Assembly (NCBI GenBank): GCA_040878325.1 | Contig: JBBDMM010000012.1 | Location: 1-64,000, forward strand | Direction of reading: 5' to 3' | DNA: 64,000 nt | Source of the DNA: Acidimicrobiia bacterium | GTDB taxonomy: Bacteria; Actinomycetota; Acidimicrobiia; Spongiisociales; UBA11373 | Shown here: in pieces, positions 47,763 through 60,088 of the stretch | Position numbering within the stretch: position 1 is the stretch's first letter | Layout of the letters: every line of letters begins with the position of its first letter | The notes under the pieces: model-generated | What the model was told of the DNA's origin: nothing | The model's database searches: none | The model's input: the letters and a program-made list of their open reading frames with translations, nothing else | Program-made: the position numbers and the translations under genes

Positions 47763-48407
47763 TCAGACCCGACCGACCAGATCGAGCACTTGTCCCACCA
47801 CCTGGGCGATGGTGAGGTAGGTCGTGTCGATCGTCACCGCATCATCGGCGGGCTTGAGCGGTGAAGTCACCCGGGAAGAGTCGGCTTCGTCGCGTCGCTC
47901 GATCTGTTCGAGGATCCCTTCGAAGGTGTGGCCTGCCGCCTCCGGATCGGCGGCACGCCGCCGTGCCCGGATCCCGGGATCGGCCGTCAGGAACACCTTC
48001 ACCGGGGCGTCGGGAAAGACCACGGTGCCGATGTCCCGACCCTCCACCACGGCATCTCCACCGTGGCGGGCCACCCAGGCGCGCTGAAGGTCGACCACCG
48101 CCACCCTGATCGCCGGATGTGCCGCGACCACGCTGACGACGGCGGTGATCTCGGCGCCCCGCAGGTCGGCCGACACATCGTGCCCGTCGAGAAGGAGGCG
48201 GCCGTCGGCGAAGTCGACCTCTACCGCTCGCAGCGACTCGAGGACCGCGTCGGGATCGGCGGGGTCCTTACCCGAGCGCAGCGTGACCAGCGTTGCCATC
48301 CGGTAGTAGGCGCCGGTATCGAGGTATGGAACGCCGAGGGCGGCTGCCACCGCCCGGGACACCGTGCTCTTGCCGACGCCGCTCGGCCCATCTATCGCGA
48401 CGACCAC
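47763..48407 (-). CDS. cmk: Cytidylate kinase
   Basis: AIDGPSGVGKST, LDTGAYYR, VEGRDIGTVVFP. Confidence 0.95.
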   Translation of the reverse strand: MVVAIDGPSGVGKSTVSRAVAAALGVPYLDTGAYYRMATLVTLRSGKDPADPDAVLESLRAVEVDFADGRLLLDGHDVSADLRGAEITAVVSVVAAHPAIRVAVVDLQRAWVARHGGDAVVEGRDIGTVVFPDAPVKVFLTADPGIRARRRAADPEAAGHTFEGILEQIERRDEADSSRVTSPLKPADDAVTIDTTYLTIAQVVGQVLDLVGRV

Positions 48408-49648
48408 ATGGCCTCCAGCGCGTGTTCGACTCCCGGCCACGATACGCCCGCAACTCCGAATCCATCGACCTCGACCTCGACGCCGCTGCCCGCGGCAACC
48501 GCCGCCGCCATCGCGATCCGGTGATCTCCCCGCGAATCGACGGTCCCACCGGTGAGGGGGACCGGCTCTATCTCGAAACCGTCCGAGGTGACCCGGGCGC
48601 GACCGCCGAGTCCGCGGATCATGGCCACGATGGCAGCGATCCGATCGGTCTCCTTTGCCCGGAGCTCGGCGGCATCGGCAACCACCGTGGGCCCAGCTGC
48701 GTAGGCGGCGGCCACTGCGAGTGCCGGAAGCTCGTCGATCGCCTGAACCGTCTCGACACCTCGCACCTCGACCCCGGCCAACCCCGATCCGGTCACCTCG
48801 ACGTCACCGACCGGGTCGCCCAGAACCCGTTCGGTCTCGAAGGCCGTCACCTCCGCCCCCATCCGCTTCAGGATCGCGAGGAGGCCGATCCGGCCGGGGT
48901 TCAAAGTCACTCTCTCCGTCAGCACGGTGGATCCCCGGTTGACCGCGGCCGACACCCACAGGAATGCTGCCGACGATGAATCGCCGGGCAGATCGATCTC
49001 GAGCGGGGGCACCGCTCCGGGGTTGACGACGAAGGGAGCGTCACCGGAACCGAGGCCGAGCGCCGCCAGCCACCGTTCGGTGTGATCGCGGTATCCGGGC
49101 GGCGATGAGATCGAGGTGGCTCCCGAGGCCTGCAGCGCCGCAAGCGCCGCCGCGGTTCGCAGCTGGGCGCTTGGAATGGCGATTTCTACGTGGGCCCCGT
49201 GGAGCATCGCTCCAATGACCGTGACCGGCGGCCGGCCATCGGCGCCCACCGATACCCCGGCGCCGAGCGAGCGCAGCGCGGTGGCCAACCGCTCCATCGG
49301 CCGACTCATGAGCGACCGATCGCCCTCAAAGGTGGTGGCGAACGGTCGACCGGCGACGGCGCCGGCGAGCAGCCTCATCGTGGTGCCCGAGTTCCCGGCG
49401 TCGACAGCCCCAGCGGGCTGAGTCCAGCCATCGATACCAGAGGATGCCACCTCATCCGGTCCTACGGTCACCCCGAAGAGCCGCAATGCGGCTCGGGTGG
49501 ATTCCACATCCGCTCCCCCTCCCAGGTGGAGGATCCGTGATTTGCCCCTGGCCATCGCCGCCAGGATGAGCGACCGATGAGACATCGACTTGTCGCCCGG
49601 CACCATCACCGTGGCGTGAAACGGCGCGGAGGGGCCCGAGAACCTCAC
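48392..49648 (-). CDS. aroA: EPSP synthase
   Basis: PGDKSMSHR, DAGNSGTTMRL, SAQ, RDHTER, ELRAKETDRI, DHRIAM. Confidence 0.95.
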   Translation of the reverse strand: MRFSGPSAPFHATVMVPGDKSMSHRSLILAAMARGKSRILHLGGGADVESTRAALRLFGVTVGPDEVASSGIDGWTQPAGAVDAGNSGTTMRLLAGAVAGRPFATTFEGDRSLMSRPMERLATALRSLGAGVSVGADGRPPVTVIGAMLHGAHVEIAIPSAQLRTAAALAALQASGATSISSPPGYRDHTERWLAALGLGSGDAPFVVNPGAVPPLEIDLPGDSSSAAFLWVSAAVNRGSTVLTERVTLNPGRIGLLAILKRMGAEVTAFETERVLGDPVGDVEVTGSGLAGVEVRGVETVQAIDELPALAVAAAYAAGPTVVADAAELRAKETDRIAAIVAMIRGLGGRARVTSDGFEIEPVPLTGGTVDSRGDHRIAMAAAVAAGSGVEVEVDGFGVAGVSWPGVEHALEAMWSSR

Positions 49649-50364
49649 GGCTCTCTCTCGGCCGTTCGGTAGAGGGATCGCACTTCTTCGATGGAGAGCA
49701 CTCGCCACTTCCCCGGGGGCAGCACGGGGTCGCGGATGGGTCCGATGGCGATGCGGACGAGCCCGATGACCTGATGGCCGACCGCATCCAGCATCCGCCT
49801 GATCTCGCGCTTACGGCCCTCACCCATCACCATCTCGATGAGGGTCTCGCCCCCGTGACGATCGATGACGCGGGCCTCGATCGCGGCGGCAGGACCGTCG
49901 TCGAGCTCCACTCCCTCGGTGAGAGCCCGCGCCGCGCTCTTCGCCAGGTCGCCGGCGACGCGCACCAGATAGGTCTTGGTGACGCCGTTACGTGGATGGG
50001 TGACGGCGTCGGTGAGGTCGCCGTCATTGGTGACGATGATGAGTCCCTCACTGTCGGAATCGAGCCTTCCCACCGGATAGACCCTGGTTGCGTCAGGAAC
50101 CAGATCCACGACGGTCGGTCGTCCCTGAGGGTCGGTGGTGGTGCTCACCACCCCGGTTGGCTTGTACACCAGGTAGTGGACCAAGCCCGGGCGAATCGGC
50201 AGGGGAACGCCATCGACCAGGACCCGAGCCGAGTCGGGATCGACCTTCTGGCCGAGGTGGGCAGGTTCACCATCGACCATGACCCTGCCTTGGCGGACCA
50301 GGTCCTCAGCCGCGCGGCGGGACGCGATCCCCGAGTGGGCGATCAGCTTCTGGAGTCGCTCGAT
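49645..50364 (-). CDS. rluB: rRNA pseudouridine synthase (RluB type); apparent ATC start
   Basis: (I)ERLQKLIAHSGIASRR S4 domain; VGRLD; EGRKREIRRM; GGAGG four nt before ATC. Confidence 0.88.
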   Translation of the reverse strand: MERLQKLIAHSGIASRRAAEDLVRQGRVMVDGEPAHLGQKVDPDSARVLVDGVPLPIRPGLVHYLVYKPTGVVSTTTDPQGRPTVVDLVPDATRVYPVGRLDSDSEGLIIVTNDGDLTDAVTHPRNGVTKTYLVRVAGDLAKSAARALTEGVELDDGPAAAIEARVIDRHGGETLIEMVMGEGRKREIRRMLDAVGHQVIGLVRIAIGPIRDPVLPPGKWRVLSIEEVRSLYRTAEREP

Positions 50365-50924
50365 GGATCCTCCGGTCGGAAGGGCCGTTCCAACGCCTCG
50401 ACCACCTCGGCTGGGGGTACGTGGTCGGCGAGGGGCGGGAGGTCGGAGACCGAGTTGAGTCCCAACTTCTCGAGAAAGAGGTCGGTGGTCGCGTAGAGAA
50501 AGGCTTGCCCTGAGCCGGGGGCGGTGCCGACGATCTCGACCAATCCGCGTTGCTCCAGGGTGCGGAGCGCCTGTTCGGAGTCGACGCCTCTGATCTCGCC
50601 GACCTGTCCTCGTGACACCGGCTGGCGATACGCGACGACCGCCAGAGACTCGAGTGCTGCACGCGAGATACGGGTGGCGGTGGGTGACGCCGCAAAGCGT
50701 TCCAGGTACGGACGCAGGTCCGGTCGGGTGTAGAGGCGCCACCCACCGGCCGCCTCCTTGAGCACCAGTCCGCTGCCGGATGCCGACAGTCGATCGCCAA
50801 GAGCCTTGAGGGCCTCCCGGACATCGGCTGGAGGCAGTTCGAGCACTTCGGAGAGCTCAGGCTCCGGAATCGGACTCTCCGCCACGAACAGAATCGACTC
50901 CAGGGCGGCCACCGCATCCATCAC
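50343..50924 (-). CDS. scpB: SMC-Scp subunit ScpB
   Basis: LESILF, AALESLAVVAYRQPVSR..IRGVDS, Y.TT..FLE..GL. Confidence 0.93.
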   Translation of the reverse strand: MMDAVAALESILFVAESPIPEPELSEVLELPPADVREALKALGDRLSASGSGLVLKEAAGGWRLYTRPDLRPYLERFAASPTATRISRAALESLAVVAYRQPVSRGQVGEIRGVDSEQALRTLEQRGLVEIVGTAPGSGQAFLYATTDLFLEKLGLNSVSDLPPLADHVPPAEVVEALERPFRPEDPSSDSRS

Positions 50925-51697
50925 GGCGCCTCCATCGGTCGATCCCATTCCGACACAAGATCCCCGTGGCCCGACTGCGTGCGGCGAAGGGTGATCGGAG
51001 CGGATAGGTCAGACTGCCTGGCTTCGACCAGTCCCCACCGGGCGAGTTCGAGGACCGCCAGAAAGTACGCAACGACCTCGACCGCCCGGTGAAGGTGGCT
51101 GGTGACCCTTTCGAAGTCGGTCTCCAGTTCCGCGTCGAGCCGCCGGCGGAGGTCGGCCATCGCCTCGGTGACCGAGGGCAGGTCCAGGTCGAGGTGATCC
51201 AGATCTGGCTGGGCATGAGGGCGGGCGAGGACGCGCTCGGCGAGATCGGCAAAATCCCGCGGGCTGAGCCCGATCCGCACCTGCGCCGGCGGAGGCGTGA
51301 TCGCCTCGTCGAGGCCGGCGATCCGGGGAACCAGAAGCTCGGTTGCCTCGAAGCGATGAGCGAGCACCGCCGCCACGTCCTTGAAGGTGAGGTTGGCCAG
51401 GAGTCGGGACAGCAGGCGGTCGCGCTCCTCGGCCAGGAGCAGTTCCTCGTCGAGATCCACCTCGAGATCGCCGGGGAGAAGGCTGCGGGCCTTCAACTGC
51501 ACCAGCGTCGCGGCAATCACCAGGAACTCGGAGGTGACTTCGAGGTCGAAAGTGCGCATCAGGTCGATGTACGCGAGGTAGTCGGCGACCAGGTCGCGGA
51601 GGCTCAAGTCGGTTACTTCCAGCCGATGGGAAGTGATCAGCTGGAGAAGGAGGTCGAGGGGCCCCTCGTAGATCGGCGTCCGCACTTCGAAGCTCAT
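50921..51697 (-). CDS. scpA: Segregation/condensation protein ScpA
   Basis: YEGPLDLLLQLI, EFLVIAATL...K...LLP, FLAVLEL. Confidence 0.93.
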   Translation of the reverse strand: MSFEVRTPIYEGPLDLLLQLITSHRLEVTDLSLRDLVADYLAYIDLMRTFDLEVTSEFLVIAATLVQLKARSLLPGDLEVDLDEELLLAEERDRLLSRLLANLTFKDVAAVLAHRFEATELLVPRIAGLDEAITPPPAQVRIGLSPRDFADLAERVLARPHAQPDLDHLDLDLPSVTEAMADLRRRLDAELETDFERVTSHLHRAVEVVAYFLAVLELARWGLVEARQSDLSAPITLRRTQSGHGDLVSEWDRPMEAP

Positions 51698-51767
51698 GGG
51701 GATGGCATGGTATTCGGGGTCAGCGATCGATTCGCTGACCTCCTTAGCCCGCGCTTCGACAGCCGCG

Positions 51768-52244
51768 TCATTCGTTGTCCGCTGCCACCAGCAGCTCCCA
51801 GTCGGTGGCACCGAGGCCCGGCGGCCGGTCTCCGTGATGGCTGCGGGCGAACTCGACGACATGGGGAGCGCTGCCTGCTCGGGAGAGGTCGCGCGCGCCG
51901 GCCTCGGCGTGGTCGAGATACCGCGCATATCGGCCGCGCACCGGGAGCCTCATGAGAGACAACGCCGAGGCGATCGAACGGCCCGCCACGCCCAGCGAAG
52001 CATGCCGTTTGCCCACATCGTGCAGGAGGGCGGCCGCCGCCAGGTCGGGTCGTCCGTGGTCGAGTACGACCCGTGCCGTGTCCAGCGCATGAGCCTGATC
52101 GATGACCGGCTGAGCCCAGAACAGCCGGGCTTCGCCATTCCCCAGGATCCCGGCGATCAGTGCCTGGTCTTCAGGGGACGGACGGCGTGCGCCGAGGCTG
52201 CTGATGAATCGCTTCACCAGGTGCAGGGGGTGGCCCGGCCTCAT
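51768..52244 (-). CDS. HD-domain protein
   Basis: DQAH, AALLHDVGK, H...GA, HH, L..AD. Confidence 0.8.
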   Translation of the reverse strand: MRPGHPLHLVKRFISSLGARRPSPEDQALIAGILGNGEARLFWAQPVIDQAHALDTARVVLDHGRPDLAAAALLHDVGKRHASLGVAGRSIASALSLMRLPVRGRYARYLDHAEAGARDLSRAGSAPHVVEFARSHHGDRPPGLGATDWELLVAADNE

Positions 52245-52883
52245 ATGACCAGCCGGATGATCCACTGAATGGCGGAGCCCACGAACGACAGGGAGTCCTC
52301 GAACACGAAGAGCAGCAAGATGAGGACGAGAAACCCGTATTGCGAGACCCGGTTGTACACCTCCCGGCCTCTGTGTCCGAGCACCAGGGGGAGCAGCCGG
52401 CTGCCGTCGAGAGGCGGGATCGGGAGCATGTTGAAGACGGCCAGGGCGGCGTTCACGACCAGCACGCCGATGAGAACGTCTGTCATCAATCCCTCGGTGG
52501 TGCGGAACACCCGGCCGTCGACTTCGATGAACGGCCCGAGCCGCCCGACGGCGAAGGCGATGAGCAGGTTGGTCGCCGGGCCCGCCAGCGCAGTGATCGC
52601 CATCCCCCCCCACCGGGTGCTGGAAGCGACCCGGGTTGACGGGCACTGGCTTCGCCCAGCCAAAGACGTTCTGGCGGGCGAAGGCGAGGAGGGCGGGCAG
52701 CAGGAGCGACCCGAACGGGTCGATGTGCTTCACCGGGTTGAGGGTCAGGCGTCCGGCATCCCGAGCGGTGGGGTCGCCGAGCCGATACGCCACAAAGCCA
52801 TGGGCGACCTCGTGAAGGATCACCGACGGGATGAGGATCGCGATGAAGAGCGCCGCATCGAGAAAGGCGTTCTCGTGGATCAT
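52241..52883 (-). pseudogene. Site-2 protease (M50) with +1 frameshift in a G8 tract (52604-52611)
   Basis: HEVAH, GRLTLNP and AKPVPVNP in one frame; ALAGPATN and FNMLPIPPLDG in the next; span is 3n+1. Confidence 0.85.
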
Positions 52884-52985
52884 CGGCGTCCCCGGGGCGT
52901 TTCGGCGTCGTCACCGCTGACTGCGACGACCGCCCGGGTCCTACCGCTCCCCGCGCCGGGCGGGCCAACGGCGAGCACCAGTTGT

Positions 52986-53333
52986 TCAGACCGCCTTGAG
53001 GGCGGCACAGTCGACGCAGTAGATCGATGAGGGCCTGAAGTCGAGGCGGGCGGCCCCGATCTCCTTGCCGCAGTTGGCACAGGTGCCATACGTACCCTCG
53101 GCAAGGCTGGCGAGAGCCTGGTCGATCTCGTCGACTGACCGCTTGAGGCTCTCGACCAGGCCGAGGACCTCGGTGCGCTCTGCGGTGGCGGCTCCGGCGT
53201 CGGCGAAACCTTCGCCGAAGTCCATGTCGCGGCTGAGGTCGCCGGACTCGGACGCACCGAGTTCCGAGAGCTGATGCACGATCTGCTCTCGTTCGGCTCG
53301 TAGCCGAGCCTCGATTTCGTCGTTGGAGCCCAT
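52986..53333 (-). CDS. TraR/DksA C4 zinc-finger protein
   Basis: AL..L.EGTYGTCANCGKEI...RL...P....CVDC. Confidence 0.88.
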   Translation of the reverse strand: MGSNDEIEARLRAEREQIVHQLSELGASESGDLSRDMDFGEGFADAGAATAERTEVLGLVESLKRSVDEIDQALASLAEGTYGTCANCGKEIGAARLDFRPSSIYCVDCAALKAV

Positions 53334-53343
53334 TGCCGCCCTC

Positions 53344-54233
53344 TCAGCCGCGTGGATGGGTCGTCGCATAAACCTCCAGGAGGTGGCGCGGCGACACCCG
53401 TGTGTAGATCTGAGTTGTCGAAATGCTAGCGTGCCCCAGGATCTCCTGGACGGTGCGCAGATCCGCCCCTCCCTCCACCATGTGCGTCGCCGCGCTGTGG
53501 CGCAGCACGTGGGGCGAGACGGATTCGGGCCGTAATCCGGCCCGAATCGCGTGGGTTCTGACGACATTCCACACCGCCTGCCTGCTGAGGCGATGTCCTC
53601 GCAGGCTCAGGAAGACCGCACTTCCTGCAGGCCCGGGGCGGCGCAGCCGGGCCCGATCCGGCAGCCACTCCCGGATCGCTCGCCGGGCGGCGGTGCCAAC
53701 GGGCACCATCCGTTGCTTCGAGCCCTTGCCGGTGACAACGGCCGTCCCCTCCTCCAGGTCGAGGTCGAGCTCATCGATGGCGACCGCTTCGGCGACCCGG
53801 GCTCCGGTGGCGTAGAGGAACTCGAGGAGGGCTCTGTCGCGCCTTCCCGCGGGGGTCGACTCGTCCGGGGACGTGAGCAGCCGTTCCACCTCATCGACCG
53901 TCAACGCCTTGGGCAGTGATCGCGGCCGTCGGGGAGACTCCACCAAGACCGTCGGATCCGTGTCGGCCGCCCCTTCCGCCACCAGAAACCGATGGAGTCC
54001 CCTCATGGCGGCGATTCGCCGGGCGATGGTGGTGGGCGCCAGGCCGGCTTCAGTGAGATGCTGCACGAATCCCGCGGCCAGCTCTGGGCTGGGGTCACGC
54101 CCCTTCAGAAACGCCGAGTAACGGTCGAGGTCGCGTCGATATGCGGTGATAGTTGCCGAAGCCAGCCCCCGGTCGGAGGTGAGCGACGCCAGAAAGTCTT
54201 CGATGTCGCTGGCGAGTGCCCTGTCGGGCGGCA

Positions 54234-54234
<1 letters not shown>
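53344..54234 (-). CDS. xerD: Tyrosine recombinase XerD
   Basis: LPKAL, LYATGARVAE, GKGSKQR, SPHVLRHS.ATH, LGH, TTQIY; follows pyrG. Confidence 0.9.
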
Positions 54235-55916
<1,682 letters not shown>

Positions 55917-55985
55917 TCACCCTTTGGTTCGGGATGCTCGAGACCTATCCAATCACCTTAGGTGGTGAGCGACCGAACGACGACC

Positions 55986-57596
55986 TCACCCGGGCTTGCG
56001 GGTGCCGGCCAATGCGAGCAACTCCTCTGCGTGGCCCTGGCCGCGCTCGCTGTCTTCGATGCCGCTGAGCATCCGCGCCAGCTCGGTGAGCCGCTCGGAC
56101 CCTTCGACCCTACGTACCACCGCACTGACGCCTTCCCGGTCGACGACGAAGTGGGAGTCGGCGAAGGCTGCGATCTGGGGAAGGTGGGTGACGACGAAGA
56201 CCTGGCGCCCCTGGGCGAGGTGGGCCAGCAACTCCCCCAGCGCCAGGGCGGTCGCCCCGCCCACGCCGGCGTCGATCTCGTCGAATGCCACGACATCGGC
56301 GTCCGCCACCCCTGCGGCGACCCGCACCGAGAGCACCAGTCTGCTCAGCTCTCCCCCCGACGCGACCTTGGACACCGGTCCCGGGGTGAGCCCGGAGTCG
56401 GAGGCAAACGACAAGCCGAGCCGATCGGCTCCGTTGGGGCCGGGAGCGGCAGGCTCGACGTCGATGGTGAGGACCGGGTCACGGAAGCCGAGGCGCTTCA
56501 GCAGCTCGAGTGCCCGACCCGACAGCACCCCGGCGGCACGGTTGCGGGCGGCCGCGAGCTCCTGCCCCGATTCGATCGCCGCATCGGTAGCCGCGGCGAT
56601 CTCGTCGTCGATGGTCTCGGCTCGCTCAGCGAGGGCCGCGAGGCGGGTGGCGCGATCGCGCCCGCTCGAGCCGTACGCGATCACATGCTCGACCGACGGC
56701 CCGTACTTTCGTTTCAGGTCGGACACCACCGCCGCCCGGTCCTCCATCTGCCGCAGCGCCGCCGGATCGTGCTCCACTGCCTCACCCGCCGAACGCAGTT
56801 CGAGCCCCACATCCTCGACCTCGACGATGGCGGACTCGATCCGGCGTACTAGAGCCTCCAGCCCGGGGTCGAGCTGGCTGGCAGCGCGCATTCGCTCCAA
56901 AGCCGATCGGAGCAGATCGGCGGCCTTTCCCTCGTCATCGAGCAGGTCGGATGCCTCGCCCAGCGCCTGGGTGATCTCGCCGGCATGCCGCACCCTCGAA
57001 AGGGTCGATCTGAGCTGTTCGTCCTCCCCCGGCTGGAGCCGGGCGGTCTCGATCTCGGTGGCTTCGTGCTCGGCTACCTCGCGATCGCGCACCAGGGCGC
57101 GGACGTCGCCACCCAACGCCTCCCGATCAGAACGGAGGCTCTTGAGCCGGGCCCACGCGGCGCCGTAACGGCCGGCGGCGTCCTTGGCGGCCTGGTCGAA
57201 CGAGCCATCCACCAGGCGGCGCAGCGAGGCATCGCGGCCGAGCGAAAGATGCTCGTGTTGCGCAACGATTTCGACCAGGGAATCGAGCCGCTCTCCGAGC
57301 ACCTTGGCGGGCACCATCGAACCGTCGAGGTATGCCCGGGAGGTCCCGGCGGCGACCCTGCGGGCAACGACCGTCTCGTCGCCTCCCATCGTGAATCGGC
57401 CCTCCACCCTCGTTTCGTCGCCGTGGGGGCCGATCCGGTCGCTGCTGGCCGAGTCGCCGCGCAACAGCCGCAGTGCTCCCAGCAGGAGAGTCTTCCCCGC
57501 GCCGGTCTCGCCGGTGATGGCCACCAGCCCCCCACCGGGTTCTATCCGCGAGGACGCGATGATCCCGAGGTTTTCGACAAAGAGTTCGTCAAGCAT
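55986..57596 (-). CDS. recN: DNA repair protein RecN
   Basis: TGETGAGKT, ASGGELSR, FDEIDAGVGG, VTHLPQIAA. Confidence 0.93.
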   Translation of the reverse strand: MLDELFVENLGIIASSRIEPGGGLVAITGETGAGKTLLLGALRLLRGDSASSDRIGPHGDETRVEGRFTMGGDETVVARRVAAGTSRAYLDGSMVPAKVLGERLDSLVEIVAQHEHLSLGRDASLRRLVDGSFDQAAKDAAGRYGAAWARLKSLRSDREALGGDVRALVRDREVAEHEATEIETARLQPGEDEQLRSTLSRVRHAGEITQALGEASDLLDDEGKAADLLRSALERMRAASQLDPGLEALVRRIESAIVEVEDVGLELRSAGEAVEHDPAALRQMEDRAAVVSDLKRKYGPSVEHVIAYGSSGRDRATRLAALAERAETIDDEIAAATDAAIESGQELAAARNRAAGVLSGRALELLKRLGFRDPVLTIDVEPAAPGPNGADRLGLSFASDSGLTPGPVSKVASGGELSRLVLSVRVAAGVADADVVAFDEIDAGVGGATALALGELLAHLAQGRQVFVVTHLPQIAAFADSHFVVDREGVSAVVRRVEGSERLTELARMLSGIEDSERGQGHAEELLALAGTRKPG

Positions 57597-58422
57597 CGTG
57601 GAGGTGGAACTTCTCTTTGACGGTCCTGGCGAAGTTGTTCGAGCTCAGACGCACCAGGCGCACCGGATTGGGGCCGCGCGAGACGCGAACGACCTCTCCA
57701 GGAGCCAGCTCGGTCTGTACCCTGCCGTCCACGTTCACCCGGGCGGGCCGGTCCGAGGAAACCCGCAGATCGAGGGTGGTGTCGGCCCCGAACACGATCG
57801 CGCGGCCGAAGAGGTTGTGGGGGGCAACCGCGGTCAGGACGAGCGAATCCAGTTCCGGATCTACCAGCGGCCCGCCCGCCGAGAACGTGTAGGCCGTGGA
57901 CCCGGTGGGCGTGGCCACGATGATCGCGTCGGCTCGATACTCGGCCAGGTGCTGGGGACCCACCGATACCGCGATGCCTACGACGTTCTGTGACAACACC
58001 TTCTCGACCACGACATCGTTGAGCGCGTCCACCGCATCCCCACCGGGGAGTTCGGCACGCAGGGTCATCCGGGGCGAGATGCGGTACTCCCCCGCCAGGA
58101 GGGCATCGAGGGCGGCCCCCACCCGGGTCGGGTCGACCTCGGCCAGAAAGCCCACGTTGCCGGCGTTCACCCCGAGAATCGGGAGCCCGGCATCCCGGGC
58201 GATCCGCGCCGCCTGGAGCACCGTTCCGTCACCGCCGATCGCCACGACAAAGTCGGCCGACAAGGCTTCCTTCGCGCCCCGCGGAGTGGCCACGGGGACG
58301 CGATCGGCGTCGATCTCCGAGACGGCCACCTCGATGCCGCGGTCTCTCGCGGCAGCGGCCACCCCGGCGGCGATCTCCGAGGAGGTGTCCCGCGTCGGGT
58401 GGAGGACGAGGGCGAGCTTCAT
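57589..58422 (-). CDS. nadK: NAD kinase
   Basis: GGDGT, GFLA, LND, ATPTGSTAY..SAGGP. Confidence 0.93.
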   Translation of the reverse strand: MKLALVLHPTRDTSSEIAAGVAAAARDRGIEVAVSEIDADRVPVATPRGAKEALSADFVVAIGGDGTVLQAARIARDAGLPILGVNAGNVGFLAEVDPTRVGAALDALLAGEYRISPRMTLRAELPGGDAVDALNDVVVEKVLSQNVVGIAVSVGPQHLAEYRADAIIVATPTGSTAYTFSAGGPLVDPELDSLVLTAVAPHNLFGRAIVFGADTTLDLRVSSDRPARVNVDGRVQTELAPGEVVRVSRGPNPVRLVRLSSNNFARTVKEKFHLHDA

Positions 58423-59192
58423 GCGAGTGCCGCCGCCACCAGGTTGTCTTCATCCTCGACCTGACCGCCGATTGATGCGGCGACGAGGAATTCGCGGTTC
58501 CCCTTAGCGCCGAAGACCGGCGAAGGCATCGCCGCACGGGGGGCGATGCCGGCGGCGGCGAGCGCCTGAACGACCGAACGGACGGCGGCGGAGTGTGACT
58601 CGGGGTCACGAACGATCCCCCCGCGGCCCACCAGGTCTCGCCCCACCTCGAACTGCGGCTTCACGAGGACAACGTAGTCGGTGCCGGTCGCGCCGGAGGC
58701 TCGTAGCTGGGGGGCGAGGGAGGCCGCCGAGATGAATGAGACGTCCATGGTGACGAGATCGAACGGCGCCCCCAGATCGGCCGGGTCGACGGAGCGAAAG
58801 TGCGTCCGGTCGGCCACCCGGACCCGCGAGTCGGTGGCCAGGCGGGATAGCAACTGCCCGTAGCCGACGTCGAGTGCCACCACGGATGCCGCGCCCCGCT
58901 GCAGGAGGACATCGGTGAATCCTCCAGTCGAGGCGCCGACATCGAGCGCGTGCCGCCCGGCCACCTCGATACCGAAGCCTTCGAGTGCCGCGTCCAGCTT
59001 GGCGCCGGCGCGGCTCGCCCACCGATCGCCGGGCTCGATGATGATCGGCTCGTCCTCGGCGACCATCGTCGAGGGCTTGGCCGAGGGACGACCGCCGACC
59101 ACGACCGACCCGACCTCGATCAAGCGCTGCGCCTCGGTGCGCGAGCCAGCGAACCCGCGACGGACCAACTCGGCGTCAAGCCTCCGTCGCAG
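58419..59192 (-). CDS. tlyA: TlyA rRNA 2'-O-methyltransferase; probable CTG start
   Basis: RRRLDAELVRRG, SRAGAKL, DVGASTGGFTD, DVSFIS, LVKPQFE, GNREF. Confidence 0.93.
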   Translation of the reverse strand: MRRRLDAELVRRGFAGSRTEAQRLIEVGSVVVGGRPSAKPSTMVAEDEPIIIEPGDRWASRAGAKLDAALEGFGIEVAGRHALDVGASTGGFTDVLLQRGAASVVALDVGYGQLLSRLATDSRVRVADRTHFRSVDPADLGAPFDLVTMDVSFISAASLAPQLRASGATGTDYVVLVKPQFEVGRDLVGRGGIVRDPESHSAAVRSVVQALAAAGIAPRAAMPSPVFGAKGNREFLVAASIGGQVEDEDNLVAAALA

Positions 59193-59319
59193 GGTCGTCC
59201 TCCTCGGACTCGAGGAGCGCGGACAGCTCGCCGGCGATGGTGTCGGCGAGGTCCGGAGCGTCGGCTGGATCCGTTGCCTCCAGGCTCGCGAGGTTTTCTT
59301 CGATGGGCGTATCATCCAT
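59176..59319 (-). CDS. Small acidic hypothetical protein preceding tlyA
   Basis: MDDTPIEENLASLEATDPADAPDLADTIAGELSALLESEEDDPATEA; position matches the small gene usually found before tlyA. Confidence 0.6.
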   Translation of the reverse strand: MDDTPIEENLASLEATDPADAPDLADTIAGELSALLESEEDDPATEA

Positions 59320-59326
59320 GGGGGTC

Positions 59327-59348
59327 ATTATCCCTGTGTCCCACGACA
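59327..59348 (-). promoter_or_regulatory. PafBC/RecA-NDp-like promoter of the tlyA-nadK-recN unit
   Basis: TGTCGT-N10-GATAAT, then 7 nt to ATG. Confidence 0.45.
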
Positions 59349-59358
59349 GGAACAGCCA

Positions 59359-60084
59359 TTGCTGCCGATCCGCGACGTCAACCCCACGAGGATCAGACCC
59401 CTGGTCACCTGGACGATCATCGCCGTCAACGCCATCGTGTACTTCGGATGGCAGCCCCAGGACGTCGATGCGGCCACCGAGTTCGTCTACGAACGGGCCG
59501 CGATCGCATGTGAACTGACGACTGGGGCGCCGCTGAGCCTCGACGAAATCAACACTGGACGCTGCTCCGACGGACCCGAACAGCCCTTCTTCCAAGGCAA
59601 GAACGTCTGGCTGTCTGCCCTCGTGTCGATGTTCCTTCACGGGAGCATCGCCCATATCCTGTTCAACATGTGGAGCCTGTGGATCTTCGGGAACAACGTC
59701 GAAGAGGCCTTCGGCCACTTGGGGTACTTGCTGTTCTACTTGGCGGCGGGGGTGGCGGCGACCGTGGGGTTTGTCGTTGTCAACCCGGAGTTGACGGTCC
59801 CGCTGGTGGGCGCATCAGGGGCGATCGCCGGCATGATGGGGGCGTACCTCGTGCTCTTCCCCAGTCACCAGGTGATGTCCCTGGTGCTCTTTCGGATCGT
59901 CGCAATACCGGCAATCTTGTTCCTCGGAATCTGGTTTCTCAGCCAGTTCTTCTTCAGCTCGGAGGGGGTGGCGTGGGAAGCCCATGTCGCCGGGTTCGCC
60001 TTCGGTGCCCTGCTGGCGTTGCCGTTCAGGCGGCTGCTGTTGAGACGCACCCTGGCCGGTGAGCGGCACTCCTCGGCGTGGTAG
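59359..60084 (+). CDS. Rhomboid intramembrane serine protease
   Basis: SMFLHG..HI.FNM..LWIFGNNVE, GASGAIAG, AHVAGF. Confidence 0.92.
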   Translation: MLPIRDVNPTRIRPLVTWTIIAVNAIVYFGWQPQDVDAATEFVYERAAIACELTTGAPLSLDEINTGRCSDGPEQPFFQGKNVWLSALVSMFLHGSIAHILFNMWSLWIFGNNVEEAFGHLGYLLFYLAAGVAATVGFVVVNPELTVPLVGASGAIAGMMGAYLVLFPSHQVMSLVLFRIVAIPAILFLGIWFLSQFFFSSEGVAWEAHVAGFAFGALLALPFRRLLLRRTLAGERHSSAW

Positions 60085-60088
60085 CCCG

